Positions 1 to 10,103 are shown, counted from the first letter of the stretch. The stretch: 64,000 nucleotides of DNA from Candidatus Moraniibacteriota bacterium (GCA_026396275.1 JAPLXC010000002.1:10618-74617); one strand, 5' to 3'. Translations and numbers: made by a program. The notes: generated by a model from the sequence alone, not told the origin.

Positions 1-1794
1 GTCATTGTTACCGGCCCACACGCCGACTACCAATGACGGCGTATATCCTACCGTCCAGCCGTCCCGAAACTCATTGGTCGTGCCGGTTTTAACTGCCACC
101 GGGCGGTCATCAAAACGGAGAGGGCTGTTTGAGCCGAAAACGGGGGAGCGGTAATCATTGGTGGAAAGAATATGGTCAATCATCGCCACGTATTTTTCTT
201 CAACCACTTTTTCTCCTTCTTCCTGCTTAAATTCTTCCAATACCTCGCTGTGGCTATCCTCTATTTTTAAAACCGCAGTCCGGGGATACCGAACACCTTT
301 GGTGGCTAATGTTCCAAAGGCGCTGGCGTGATCAATGAGCTTTACTTCCCCTCCGCCCAGCACCAGTGAAAGACCATAGCGTTCCGGCTGGTTCAGCCCG
401 GTAATTCCCATTCGTTTGGCAGTAGCAATTGAGTCCTTAACTCCAGCCAGGTACAACGTCTCTACTGCCGGAATGTTGAGCGACATTCCCAGTGCCTCTT
501 TCATTTTGACCGGTCCTCGGAATTTCCCATCGTAATTTCGCGGCTTATATTCTTTTCCGTCCTGGGTCTCAAATTCCGTTTCCATGTCAAAAATCATCGT
601 TTCTGGAGTATAACCCTTGGCAAAGGCAGTAAGATAAACATAGGGCTTAAACGATGATCCCGGCTGGCGATCGCGAATAGCCACGTTTACCTGCCCGTCA
701 ATTGACTTGTCAAAATAATCCTTTGAACCCACCATGGCCAGAATTTGGCCGGTTTTAGTATCAAGAGCCACCAAGGCCGCGTTCTCCGCGCCCCATGCTT
801 TTTGGTTTTTTTCGGCTCCATCTCTCACTGCTTTTTCGGCAATCGACTGCTTTTCCCAGTCCAAAGTGGTATAAACCTTGAGTCCTCCTTGTTCTACTAC
901 CTGCTGTCCGTATTTTGACTCCAGATATTCTTTCACGTACATAACAAAATGGGGGGCATCAATTCGCTCGCGATAGGGAAAAACTTTGCCAAGCACATCG
1001 GTTTTTTTGGCCTCCTCAGATTGATCCTGGGTGATGTATCCCAAATCCACCATTCTTTTCAGTGCCGCTTCCTGCCTTTTTTTCAGTTCCTCAAAATGAG
1101 ATCCGTATGGCGAGTAATAGGTCGGCGCCTTGGGAAGAGCCGCCAGGAGCGCTGCTTCATCAAGAGTCAGCTCCCGAGCGGGTTTTCCGAAATAAGTTTG
1201 CGCTGCCGCTTCAATGCCATAAGCGTTGGAACCGAAAGGAATTTCATTTAAATACATTCCCAAAATCTCATCCTTGGAAAATTTTTGCTCTATCTCAATG
1301 GCTAAAATCACTTCTTTGACTTTGCGAGTCAAAGTCCGCTCGGGGGAAAGAATGGAGTTTTTCACAAATTGCTGGGTTATAGTTGACCCTCCCTGCATCA
1401 CGTCCTGGCGCAAAATATCTTTCATGGCCGCCCGAATAATGGAGGAAAGTTTAATACCGCGATGGGAATAAAAATCCTGGTCCTCAAGAACAATGGTTGC
1501 GTATTTCACCGTATCCGGAATTTCAGAAAAAGAAATAAGAGTCCTTTTTTCTTCTCCATGAACTTCATAAAGAAGATGCTCGCCAGTGCGGTCATAAATT
1601 TTAGTGGATTCAATGATGACTCTTCTGTTTACTTTTCCAGGACTAGGCAGGTCCTTGGCAAAATAGATGAAGGTTCCGGCGACAACGAGAAAAACAAGGC
1701 CAGCCAGATAACCAGCCGCTCTTCCCGCCATTTTCCAGTGCTCTCGGGCGGAAAGGTTTTTGAAATTTTTTACGAAAATGAAGGTGGGTTTCAT
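1..1794 (-). CDS. Class A penicillin-binding protein (GT51 transglycosylase + transpeptidase), C-terminus runs off the window
   Basis: Minus-strand translation from the ATG at 1792-1794 gives MKPTFIFVKNF with a TM anchor, then ATIVLEDQDFYSHRGIKLSS (the GT51 EDxxFxxHxG motif) at about 1441-1500. The window edge encodes GWTVGYTPSLVVGVWAGNND, the transpeptidase C-terminal region. Not in the track because no stop falls inside the window. Confidence 0.85.
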   Translation of the reverse strand, partial: MKPTFIFVKNFKNLSAREHWKMAGRAAGYLAGLVFLVVAGTFIYFAKDLPSPGKVNRRVIIESTKIYDRTGEHLLYEVHGEEKRTLISFSEIPDTVKYATIVLEDQDFYSHRGIKLSSIIRAAMKDILRQDVMQGGSTITQQFVKNSILSPERTLTRKVKEVILAIEIEQKFSKDEILGMYLNEIPFGSNAYGIEAAAQTYFGKPARELTLDEAALLAALPKAPTYYSPYGSHFEELKKRQEAALKRMVDLGYITQDQSEEAKKTDVLGKVFPYRERIDAPHFVMYVKEYLESKYGQQVVEQGGLKVYTTLDWEKQSIAEKAVRDGAEKNQKAWGAENAALVALDTKTGQILAMVGSKDYFDKSIDGQVNVAIRDRQPGSSFKPYVYLTAFAKGYTPETMIFDMETEFETQDGKEYKPRNYDGKFRGPVKMKEALGMSLNIPAVETLYLAGVKDSIATAKRMGITGLNQPERYGLSLVLGGGEVKLIDHASAFGTLATKGVRYPRTAVLKIEDSHSEVLEEFKQEEGEKVVEEKYVAMIDHILSTNDYRSPVFGSNSPLRFDDRPVAVKTGTTNEFRDGWTVGYTPSLVVGVWAGNND

Positions 1795-1838
1795 AAATCA
1801 TCAGCGTTTATAATTAGCCTTCTTTTCATTAAGGAAAA

Positions 1839-2795
1839 TTAAACATTAAGTCTGCTTTTGAATATTCTTAATAATTCTTTATACAATTTAACCATGTACG
1901 GTTTTTCATTTGGGGTAAAAAATAGACCCGGCATTGAATTCAATTCCACTACCCAGGGCTTTCTCTTTTTGTCAAACATAAAATCAATGGAAAACACTCT
2001 CGGTTCAAAAGTTTCAAAAATTTTATTGGCGTAGTTTACCGCCGCAAAAACTGATTTGGGAATCTTTTTAAACGGTATAATTTTCAGTGTTCCGCCCTGG
2101 GCGAGATTAGCCAGCAAATTTCCTTTCTTGGGCTCGCGAATGTAAGCATAAATCACTTTATTATTTACAAAAACTAATCGAAGATCATGATAATAATTAC
2201 TTACACCGGGAACGCCAAAAGAAGAATCAATAAACTCCTGGGCAAGATAAACTTTGTCTAAAAGAGCTTTGGAAATTGCTTCTTTTTTATTTAGTATTTG
2301 TATATCCTTACCGCCACTTTCCAAAAGGGGCTTTAGAACGACTTTATTAGTTTTTATTTTTGGCAAAACCTTCCTTAATTCTTCCTTGTTATTCACCAGC
2401 CAGCATTTTTTGCTCCATTTTTCGAAAAAAAGACTGGTGATAAATTTGTCGTCAACGAGCTGGGTAAATTGCAAATCATTAATGAATGGATAATTTTCTT
2501 CGATTAGTTCTTTTTTATAATAGACTTCGAGGCGAGCTTTTGTTTTGTCATAAATCAAATCCGGTTTCAAATTTTTTACCTTTTTCCATTTTGCTCCTTC
2601 ACCCTCGAAAACCCAGGCGTACCTAAAAATATTCTTTTGGTAATCATACCACTCGTAGGAGGCGCGATATATCTGAATCCCATTTATTCTGCAAAGATTA
2701 TAAAAATACTCGTAAGAATATTGATATTGCTTGTTTTTAAATGGTTTAGCAGATCGCCAATCACTTTTGCCGAATAATATTAAAACTTTTTTCAT
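1839..2795 (-). CDS. ATP-grasp family ligase (RimK/YheCD-like)
   Basis: 318 aa. ATP-grasp signatures: KVVLKPLLESGGKDIQIL and a C-terminal VVELNSMPGL (E-x-N...PG). First of three consecutive ATP-grasp genes. Confidence 0.55.
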   Translation of the reverse strand: MKKVLILFGKSDWRSAKPFKNKQYQYSYEYFYNLCRINGIQIYRASYEWYDYQKNIFRYAWVFEGEGAKWKKVKNLKPDLIYDKTKARLEVYYKKELIEENYPFINDLQFTQLVDDKFITSLFFEKWSKKCWLVNNKEELRKVLPKIKTNKVVLKPLLESGGKDIQILNKKEAISKALLDKVYLAQEFIDSSFGVPGVSNYYHDLRLVFVNNKVIYAYIREPKKGNLLANLAQGGTLKIIPFKKIPKSVFAAVNYANKIFETFEPRVFSIDFMFDKKRKPWVVELNSMPGLFFTPNEKPYMVKLYKELLRIFKSRLNV

Positions 2796-2868
2796 ACTTT
2801 TCTGTCGTCTATTTATATTAACTACGACTTAGACCAACAACGTAAAGGTCTATATATAACAAAATTAG

Positions 2869-3852
2869 TTATTTAATCTTTAGCTTGGGGAAAAGATTTT
2901 TCAATATTTTTCCTGAGACATCAATTCCGGCTCCTTCTACTAAGGGACTCTCGCTCATATTGTAAAATGGATTAGAGTTTATTTCCAAAATGACATAATT
3001 TTTTTTCGAAGAAAGATTATTGGTCATCAAATCCACGCCTCCCCACGAAAGTCCGGATGCCTGGATAGATTTTACGCAAGTTTTTTTAAGAAATGCGCTC
3101 ATTTTATTGGTGCTTTCAATGGCTCTTCCGCCATCAGACATATTGAGATTATCTCTTAGCTTAAGCTTGGTATTTTTTATTAGTATGCTGTTTAAAGTAA
3201 GGTTATTTTTAGAGAGCGTTTTCTTAGCTACCTTGTCTATTTTTATCTCAAATCCTTTTTTTCTCTTTTTATTAAAAATGTTTACGAGCTCTTGAATTGT
3301 AGAAATACCATCACCCACAATGGTTGCTGGGATTTTTTTCACACAGGAAATAACCTCTCCATCAAAAACTAAGACTCGATATTCATCCCCGATATACATC
3401 TCTTCGATTAGAAATTTGTCGGATCGCAACCACTTTCTAATCTCACGACTATTAATAAGACGAACGGCTGTTTTTAGCTCTTTTTTTGATCGTACATTCC
3501 AAGTTACCCCCTTGGCACATGTTCCGTCAATCGGCTTGGCAATGAACGGATATTTTATTTTTTCTTTTCGGATTAAATTTATTGCCTCGCCATAGGAACT
3601 GGCTACAATCCCTTTGGGAGTTCGTATGTCCATAAGACCAAGAATTGTTTTAGTTAGATCTTTATTAACAACCAATCTGGCCGGATGGACCGACAATGGG
3701 ATAATTCCCATGCGAGAAAAAATAACGTCCTCTCCCAAATAAAATTTTACTAAAGAAAATCGGCCAGGATAAAATTTTACCTTAATTCCTAATTCCAGCG
3801 CTCTTTTGACAAGAGAAGCAAATCCTCCATGAGCTATTTCTTTTTTAATCAT
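2869..3852 (-). CDS. ATP-grasp ligase, cyanophycin-synthetase N-terminal-like / RimK-like
   Basis: 327 aa. YPFIAKPIDGTCAKGV, TIVGDGISTIQELV (cyanophycin-synthetase-like) and VILEINSNPF are ATP-grasp motifs. Starts 17 nt from the upstream gene. Confidence 0.6.
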   Translation of the reverse strand: MIKKEIAHGGFASLVKRALELGIKVKFYPGRFSLVKFYLGEDVIFSRMGIIPLSVHPARLVVNKDLTKTILGLMDIRTPKGIVASSYGEAINLIRKEKIKYPFIAKPIDGTCAKGVTWNVRSKKELKTAVRLINSREIRKWLRSDKFLIEEMYIGDEYRVLVFDGEVISCVKKIPATIVGDGISTIQELVNIFNKKRKKGFEIKIDKVAKKTLSKNNLTLNSILIKNTKLKLRDNLNMSDGGRAIESTNKMSAFLKKTCVKSIQASGLSWGGVDLMTNNLSSKKNYVILEINSNPFYNMSESPLVEGAGIDVSGKILKNLFPKLKIK

Positions 3853-3869
3853 CTGGCTGTTTATAAATT

Positions 3870-5318
3870 TTATTTATTCACATCAACTAAAAATTTTCCT
3901 AAATTTCTCTTTCCTATGATTACGGGATATTTTAAATGAGACCGTTCAATTATGGAAATTTTAGCAGGAATAACCTTCTCGCCTATCATAATATCTATTT
4001 TCACCATTGGACGATAAGTTGTTCCGTGTGATGAATGGATAATGGCCGTGTCAGCTAAATCCGGTATTTCTTTAAGAAGCTGCTCTTTATTTTGATTGTC
4101 AATTTCTCTTGCTTTTTCAGGAGTTAACAGATCAGGAAAGTTTTTCCTTTGAAACTTTTCCATTACTTCTTTAAATCCTAATTGTTCTGCAATATCCTTA
4201 TCAATGGAAGAAAATCCGGCTCCAGTATCAATTCGCGCTTCCACTTCAACTTCCTTTTCCTCTTTTCCAATTAATTTTACTTTTTCAACCGTGCCAATAA
4301 CTTTTCTTCCGGAAATATCCTCGATCTCGCCTTCAATTTCTCCTCCGAAAAGGTTCATTCCGACCCGGATTCCCCGCTCGGCGGTTTTAATTTTTATATC
4401 TGCGATTCTTTCCAATCTCCTTTTCAAGCCCGCGAGATTGGCGATTTGAATGGAAAGACCCGGTCGGGCGTTGAGTTCCAGAAAAACCGGACCGCGCTCG
4501 CGATCAATAGCAATATCGGCTCCTAAAAATCCTAATCCTGAAATCTCTTGAGTACGGACTGCCAACTTCAGAATATCATTCCAGTAGGGAATTTTGATTC
4601 CTGATAAAAGCAGGCGAGTGTCCGGAACATACTCAATGATTTTCCCTTTTCCTAAAACGGCAGTGGTAGTTACGCCGGAAGCTAAGTCAATCCCGACGCC
4701 AATTGCCCCTTGTTGGAGATTGGCCTTACCTTGCGATTCCTTAGTAGGAAGCCGGAGCATTGCCATTACCGGAACTTTGTTATAGACAATTACCCGGATA
4801 TCGGGAATTCCCCGATAAGCGTAGGGCTTGAATAGTTTGAGAAGCTGAAGACGCTCTTCAAAAAAAGCCGTGTCGGGAATATTGGAAAGAGAAAATGAAC
4901 CATCAATGATATTACGAATGTGATTTTTCAGGTCCTCAATGGTAACTAACGATCCATCTGCTTTAATCCAGGTATCTTCCAGTTCCCCGCCTGCATCCTG
5001 TCCGGGGTAGGAAGCATCGCGGGCAGGCTTTTTCTTTCCATAAACAACCAGAATTCCCTCGCCGCCAAATCCGCGGTTGGGCTTCAAAGCGAAACTCGTC
5101 GGTAGGATGCTCCAGTCAAATTTTTCCAGATCCTCAAGAGTTGTTATTCTGGCAATCAGTCGGGGAACAGGAATTTCATTCTTTTTTAAAATTCTCTTAC
5201 TTAGAATCTTGTTATCAGCTATCCGCTTGGCTTTTTTGAGGTTAAAAGGGCGGATGTACTGAAGATTGCGGGAATTCATTCCCAAGATCTGGCCGGTTTT
5301 TCGAAAAAACTTGAACAT
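3870..5318 (-). CDS. Fusion of an alpha-L-glutamate-ligase-like ATP-grasp (RimK-related) with a C-terminal retropepsin-like Zn_protease (PF05618/COG4067) domain
   Basis: 482 aa. N-terminal approx. 330 aa has ATP-grasp motifs (FALKPNRGFGGEGILVV; VFLELNARPGL). C-terminal approx. 140 aa (ARIDTGAGFSSID ... HGTTYRPMVKIDIMIGEKVIPAKISIIERSHLKYPVIIGKRNL) matches the DTGA-containing retropepsin-like domain usually encoded next to rimK. Domain assignment is from recall, not a search. Confidence 0.6.
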   Translation of the reverse strand: MFKFFRKTGQILGMNSRNLQYIRPFNLKKAKRIADNKILSKRILKKNEIPVPRLIARITTLEDLEKFDWSILPTSFALKPNRGFGGEGILVVYGKKKPARDASYPGQDAGGELEDTWIKADGSLVTIEDLKNHIRNIIDGSFSLSNIPDTAFFEERLQLLKLFKPYAYRGIPDIRVIVYNKVPVMAMLRLPTKESQGKANLQQGAIGVGIDLASGVTTTAVLGKGKIIEYVPDTRLLLSGIKIPYWNDILKLAVRTQEISGLGFLGADIAIDRERGPVFLELNARPGLSIQIANLAGLKRRLERIADIKIKTAERGIRVGMNLFGGEIEGEIEDISGRKVIGTVEKVKLIGKEEKEVEVEARIDTGAGFSSIDKDIAEQLGFKEVMEKFQRKNFPDLLTPEKAREIDNQNKEQLLKEIPDLADTAIIHSSHGTTYRPMVKIDIMIGEKVIPAKISIIERSHLKYPVIIGKRNLGKFLVDVNK

Positions 5319-5321
5319 AAT

Positions 5322-5972
5322 TTATAGTTTTTTAAACACTTCCCGAAAACGCAGGTATTCAATCAAGCGTAGTCCAGTCCATTTCCCCAAAAATATATTA
5401 ATTAAAATTACAAGCAAAACAATCCAAGGGAAAGAGATAATTAGGATTCTTAAAAGCTCCCACTTTGCCAGATAATACCCTCCCAGAGAAATAAGGAGTG
5501 TTTCCAGCGCCAGAATAAAAGCTGTTCTGTTTCCTTTTTCAATCTGGGCCGCTACGAATTTTTCTACAATGGTGATCATAATAAGTAAGGGAAAAATGGA
5601 AACGGCGGCGAGACCCGTCCGATGCTGCGATCCTCCAACGACTAAAATTCCCAAGATTGCCAAGGCAACGATGCTTAATGTTATTGCTACTCGAGGCAGA
5701 TAAAGTATTCTTAATTTTTTTAGCAGGTAACGAACCAGCATTCCGACTAAAATGACGCTCACGAAAATAGCAATTCCGTATTTCAGTCCGGTTGCTAAAA
5801 AAGCAAAAATCACGATCGAAGGAGTATAAATGCCGAAGGCCTTAATTCCCACTACCTGGCGGAGAAAGGCAATGAGGGTGGCGATGATCGGAAACATCAG
5901 CAGAAGAATCACGGTATCAAGCGGAACACCTTGGGAGATAAAATATTGAGTAATTGGGCTGATATTATTCAT
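5322..5972 (-). CDS. 7-TM membrane protein; likely the 7TM partner of RimK-like ATP-grasp systems (7TM_transglut-like)
   Basis: 216 aa. Seven hydrophobic helices read by eye. Starts 4 nt after the ligase-protease fusion gene and shares its strand. Confidence 0.5.
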   Translation of the reverse strand: MNNISPITQYFISQGVPLDTVILLLMFPIIATLIAFLRQVVGIKAFGIYTPSIVIFAFLATGLKYGIAIFVSVILVGMLVRYLLKKLRILYLPRVAITLSIVALAILGILVVGGSQHRTGLAAVSIFPLLIMITIVEKFVAAQIEKGNRTAFILALETLLISLGGYYLAKWELLRILIISFPWIVLLVILINIFLGKWTGLRLIEYLRFREVFKKL

Positions 5973-6098
5973 ATTTTTTAGTTATTGGTTATTAGTTAAA
6001 AGCGGTTGTTTTGGTCTAAAGTTTAAGGTTATTGGACAATTTTGATCAGCAGACCATGATTAATTACTAAACCAGAAGCTAAAACTGACAACTAATGA

Positions 6099-6587
6099 CT
6101 ATCTATCTAGATTCTTGAACTTTCTACTATGTATATGGCATATGGCAATCGCCAGCGCGTCAGCAACATCATCCGGTTTGGGAATTTGTTTCAGCTTCAA
6201 AATATTTTTCACCATTAATTGAACCTGCCTCTTTTCCGCCCGGCCGTAACCAGTAATCGCTTGTTTCACCTGGAGCGGCGTGTATTCAGCAATTCTAATT
6301 TCTTGCTTTTCCAAAGTCAAGAGAATGGCGCCTCTGGCTTGGCTGACTTTCACTGCGGTCTTCAGATTTTTAAAAAAGAAAATATCTTCAACGGCCGACT
6401 CCTGAGGATTATATTTTTTTATAATTTTTTCAATGTCTTTGCTTATTTCTTTAAGCCGTTCGGCCGTTTGTTTTTTCGAGGATGTGCTAATGTGCCCCCA
6501 GGCGTCAGGAGTCAATCTCCCTTTATTTTCAGAAATAACAGCCCACCCCACTGTTGCCGTACCCGGATCTATCCCCAGTATTTTCAT
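6099..6587 (-). CDS. ruvC: Holliday junction resolvase RuvC
   Basis: 162 aa. MKILGIDPGTATVGWAV at the N-terminus; typical RuvC size. Confidence 0.9.
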   Translation of the reverse strand: MKILGIDPGTATVGWAVISENKGRLTPDAWGHISTSSKKQTAERLKEISKDIEKIIKKYNPQESAVEDIFFFKNLKTAVKVSQARGAILLTLEKQEIRIAEYTPLQVKQAITGYGRAEKRQVQLMVKNILKLKQIPKPDDVADALAIAICHIHSRKFKNLDR

Positions 6588-6601
6588 ACAAAGTCGACTA
6601 T

Positions 6602-7354
6602 TTATAAATTATCAAAGATTTCTTGAACATCGTCTTGGTTATCAAGCGCTTCCAAAAGTTTTTCATAGTCCAGCTTTGTATCCTGATCTAAAGAAATTTT
6701 CTGAAGCGGGGCAAATACAAGACCGGCGTTTTCAATTGATACTTTATGCTTTTCTAAATGTTCTTTTACTTTCTGTAACTCTTCTGATTTCGTAAAAACC
6801 GTTAAAGTTCCGCCGGAATAAATTATGTCTTCTGCGCCTGCTTCAATGGCTTTCAATTCCAGCTCATATGGGTCTTCATCAGCTCCTACTGGAATATTAA
6901 TATTTCCCACTTGCTTAAAAAGATAACTTACTGAACCAGCGGGGACTAATTTGCCTCCGGCTTTAGTTAAAATATTTTTTAACTCTCCGAGTGTCCGATT
7001 TTTATTATCCGTCGCGGTTTTAATGAGCATTGCCACCTGCCCGGAACCACCCGCCTGCTGTACGGGCAGGTAGGCCTCATAAATTACTTCTTCCACTGTT
7101 TCGCCTTTAAGCTCGCCGGTTCCTCGCTTGATAGCCCGCTCAATATTTTCCTTCGGCATGTTAACACTTTTGGCTTGGTCAATGGCTAACTTTAATTTCC
7201 AGTTTGTTTCCGGATTGCTCCCGCCTTCCCGAGAAGCAATGGAAATTGCCCGTCCGAATTTGGTAAAAACATTCGCTCGCTTGGCATCCGTTATCGCCTT
7301 TTTATGTTTTATTCCCGCCCAATGGGAGTGACCTGACATATGATCATGAAGCAT
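6602..7354 (-). CDS. yebC: YebC/PmpR family transcriptional regulator
   Basis: 250 aa. MSGHSHWAGIKHKKAITDAKRANVFTKFGRAI is the conserved YebC N-terminus. Confidence 0.9.
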   Translation of the reverse strand: MLHDHMSGHSHWAGIKHKKAITDAKRANVFTKFGRAISIASREGGSNPETNWKLKLAIDQAKSVNMPKENIERAIKRGTGELKGETVEEVIYEAYLPVQQAGGSGQVAMLIKTATDNKNRTLGELKNILTKAGGKLVPAGSVSYLFKQVGNINIPVGADEDPYELELKAIEAGAEDIIYSGGTLTVFTKSEELQKVKEHLEKHKVSIENAGLVFAPLQKISLDQDTKLDYEKLLEALDNQDDVQEIFDNL

Positions 7355-7420
7355 AAAACATATAACATGCGGCAGGCCTGATTTCTTAATTTGTTACATG
7401 TCTCATGTTGTATGTTATAT
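7342..7420. repeat. Inverted repeat of the CAYRTAACA/ATGTAACAT family between yebC and the LTD-protein gene
   Basis: atgaagcataaaacatataacatg ... catgtctcatgttgtatgttatatg: the two arms are near reverse complements. Same motif family as 11785-11815, 18038-18118, 24368-24435 and 60975-61020. Confidence 0.45.
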
Positions 7421-7544
7421 GATACAATGATAGCATTTTAAAGGCCTAATTTCAAGAAAAAGTCGCCTCTCCTTTTTGTTTTTAATACTGTTAACTTTTG
7501 CTGCATATACAACGAAAGTTAACAGACTAATGACAAAGGAATGA

Positions 7545-9500
7545 TCACCAACTGGAAATTAATAGAATTGCTTTATTAATAAAGAAGTTTATCTCTGTTC
7601 CTAAGTTTTTGAAAAATTTTACTGCGTAGTGTTCTTCTTCCAAAATCGGAGAAGTGAAGGTGTAAATATTTTCCTCGCTTCTGACCGTTTTGGCACCCAA
7701 AACTCTGCCTTGGTTACCCTGAACATAGCTGGCCAGTTTAATATTCGTCCCATAATTGAATAGCTCGTTTTGTTTTTCCTCGCCGGATAAATCCTCCGAC
7801 TGCCCGTCCATAAATTCTTCAAAATCTTCTTCTTCAATGACTTCATTTTCCTGTGTTTCTGTTTCTACGTTTTCTTGTTCTTCTGTTTTTATGTTTTTTG
7901 GTGATTTGATCCACTGCCATCCGCTTTCCATCTTTTTGTAAACCTCGTTTTCCTCCGCTTTTTTCCCGTCCTTGTCATATTTAACTTGATAAGCTTTTTT
8001 GCCATCCGGATAGCGCAATTCTACTTTTCCTTTTTCATTATTAAGAGCAAAGCTCACGTATTTTCTGGTGATTATTCTTTCTTCTCCCGGACTAATACTA
8101 AAATCGTCCTTGATCCAATGATTGTAAAGTTTTTTGGACCCGGTGGCGATGCTCCAGCTTTTGAGATTGATTTCGTCATCCGAATAGTTTTTAACTGATA
8201 CCCATTCATTCTTGCTATCATTGCCGACGGGATTTGGGCAGATTGATTTTATCTTTACTTTATCGCGGGGAAATTTTTTGACTTTAATCTTAAAAGTTTC
8301 AATTTTTTCTTCACTACCATCAAATATCTTGAGAGTCACTTTGTATTTCCCGGCCTTTTCGTATTTGTGCTTCGTTTCCTTTTTGTAACTCTTGTGGCCA
8401 TCCCCAAAATCCCAGGTGTATTTTAACTTATCTTTATCCTTGTCCTTGGCTTTGGCGGAAAATTCGGCATAGACCCCGACATAAATTTTTTTGTCATTCT
8501 TGGACTTGGAATCAGGCAATTGATTAAATTTATTTTCTTCCCCGGGAGTCAAAAACCGGCTCCAGCGCCAAGACGCGCCGTCGAAATTGTAAGAAACACC
8601 TTCTTTGGCACTTCCCTTATATTCAACTGAGGAAACTGGGATTTTGTCCTGTGGATTATAAAGTTTTAAGATCTCTCCACTAGTATCATTAAGAGCAAGC
8701 TCACAATTTGTATTGCCTTTTCCGATTAGTAAAAAACCATTGCCTGAAATTTCTTTTCCGGAAAGATCGCATTTCTTGCCGGCTCGGTCTTCAATCCGCC
8801 AATTAGTTAATTTTTCAAGCTTATCACTGGAATTATACAGTTCAACAAATTCGTCTTGCGTCAGAGGATCATTCGGATGAGGATATATCTCATTTATACT
8901 GATTTTTTCCGTGTATACTTTTGGTTTTGAAGCTTTCTTTCCCGGTGTTCCTCCAGGATCATAGCTTTCCTGCCAGTTATAACTATTTTCCATTCTTTCA
9001 ATACTGTAATTTTTTATTGGATTTGAGAGATTATATGAACATTTTTGGGAATTTCCCCAACAAATTAAATCAATAACATCAACGTTTTTAGTCGCCGAGG
9101 TACTGATATATACCGCTCCGTTTGAAACAAGTGAAGCGGAATAAACCGTACCGATCGTCGTTTCTTGTTTATATTTTTCATAATAATCAACGGAGGAGAT
9201 CAGATAATAGTTCCCCGCTTCAATAATAGAATTTTTGAAAGAAAGCGTTTTATTAGTATCGGTTCCAGCGGAATTAACAATATGCAGTTTTAAGGGTAGG
9301 GTCTGCAGATTAATATCGTCATCGGTTGGATTGAACAGTTCAATAAATTCCTCGTTGGCTGAATTGGTGCCGATTAAAACTTCAGAGATAATTAATTGAT
9401 TAAAATTTTTCGCCAGAATAGGTTGGGAAAAACCAAAAAATCCCGCTGTAAGCAGGATTGAAAACAAAAATAAATTTACTTTTGTATTTTTGTTTTTCAC
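7545..9500 (-). CDS. Secreted surface protein with two lamin-tail (LTD) domains and a PKD domain
   Basis: 651 aa. N-terminal signal peptide. LIISEVLIGTNSANEEFIELFNPT and INEIYPHPNDPLTQDEFVELYNSS are LTD signatures. YTWDFGDGHKSYKKETKHKYEKAGKYKVTLKIFDG is a PKD signature. Lys/Asp-rich linkers. Confidence 0.6.
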   Translation of the reverse strand: MKNKNTKVNLFLFSILLTAGFFGFSQPILAKNFNQLIISEVLIGTNSANEEFIELFNPTDDDINLQTLPLKLHIVNSAGTDTNKTLSFKNSIIEAGNYYLISSVDYYEKYKQETTIGTVYSASLVSNGAVYISTSATKNVDVIDLICWGNSQKCSYNLSNPIKNYSIERMENSYNWQESYDPGGTPGKKASKPKVYTEKISINEIYPHPNDPLTQDEFVELYNSSDKLEKLTNWRIEDRAGKKCDLSGKEISGNGFLLIGKGNTNCELALNDTSGEILKLYNPQDKIPVSSVEYKGSAKEGVSYNFDGASWRWSRFLTPGEENKFNQLPDSKSKNDKKIYVGVYAEFSAKAKDKDKDKLKYTWDFGDGHKSYKKETKHKYEKAGKYKVTLKIFDGSEEKIETFKIKVKKFPRDKVKIKSICPNPVGNDSKNEWVSVKNYSDDEINLKSWSIATGSKKLYNHWIKDDFSISPGEERIITRKYVSFALNNEKGKVELRYPDGKKAYQVKYDKDGKKAEENEVYKKMESGWQWIKSPKNIKTEEQENVETETQENEVIEEEDFEEFMDGQSEDLSGEEKQNELFNYGTNIKLASYVQGNQGRVLGAKTVRSEENIYTFTSPILEEEHYAVKFFKNLGTEINFFINKAILLISSW

Positions 9501-9518
9501 CCGAATTTATATTTTTTT

Positions 9519-10094
9519 CTATTGTTTTATTTTTTCCATTATTTCTCCCAGTTCATTCACCCTCTTTGCTTCCTGCTGTTTCTGCAAGTCCATAACGATG
9601 CTTTTTATGCCGTAAGGATCGGGAATCTGGCGGAAAATAAATCGCTCCTCTTCTCCAGCTGTCTGAATATGAACGTCTCCATAGTTAAGAATAGTTGGAA
9701 AAAATCCTTCCACCTCGGCTGTTACATCCTGAATTTTGGCGAATTTTAGTTCGCTTACCTGACGCATAAAAAGCCCTTTTTGCTCAATATTCACTACCCG
9801 CTCAGAGGTAATGATCCAGACGTCAAAATAGTAATCAATCCAGACAAAAAACGCATAGATCCAGATAAAGAGGACAAAAATGGTCTCTAAAAAAAGCATT
9901 AGAGCATAAAAGTTATTCTGCTGAAAAACAGAAAACAGCGCCGGCAAGACAAAAAATCCTGACGCCAGAGCCGCGACCAGAAAAATAACAATAAAAAACT
10001 GCTGAAGAATGTCAAACCAGTGGCGATGGATAACTTTAATTATCCTCTCCTGCTCGCCTATCTCTTTAAAATGAAACGCGTGCAATCTTTTCAT
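9519..10094 (-). CDS. Membrane protein with a bacterial PH (bPH_2, YdbT-like) domain
   Basis: 191 aa. Two TM helices followed by WIITSERVVNIEQKGLFMRQVSELKFAKIQDV, which is bPH-like. Confidence 0.4.
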   Translation of the reverse strand: MKRLHAFHFKEIGEQERIIKVIHRHWFDILQQFFIVIFLVAALASGFFVLPALFSVFQQNNFYALMLFLETIFVLFIWIYAFFVWIDYYFDVWIITSERVVNIEQKGLFMRQVSELKFAKIQDVTAEVEGFFPTILNYGDVHIQTAGEEERFIFRQIPDPYGIKSIVMDLQKQQEAKRVNELGEIMEKIKQ

Positions 10095-10103
10095 TGTCGT
10101 GCT

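Noticed and set aside
949-1842. Four plus-strand ORFs (949..1251, 1062..1319, 1226..1471, 1462..1842)
   Set aside because: All lie inside the minus-strand PBP gene, whose conserved GT51 and transpeptidase motifs translate cleanly. These are shadow ORFs.
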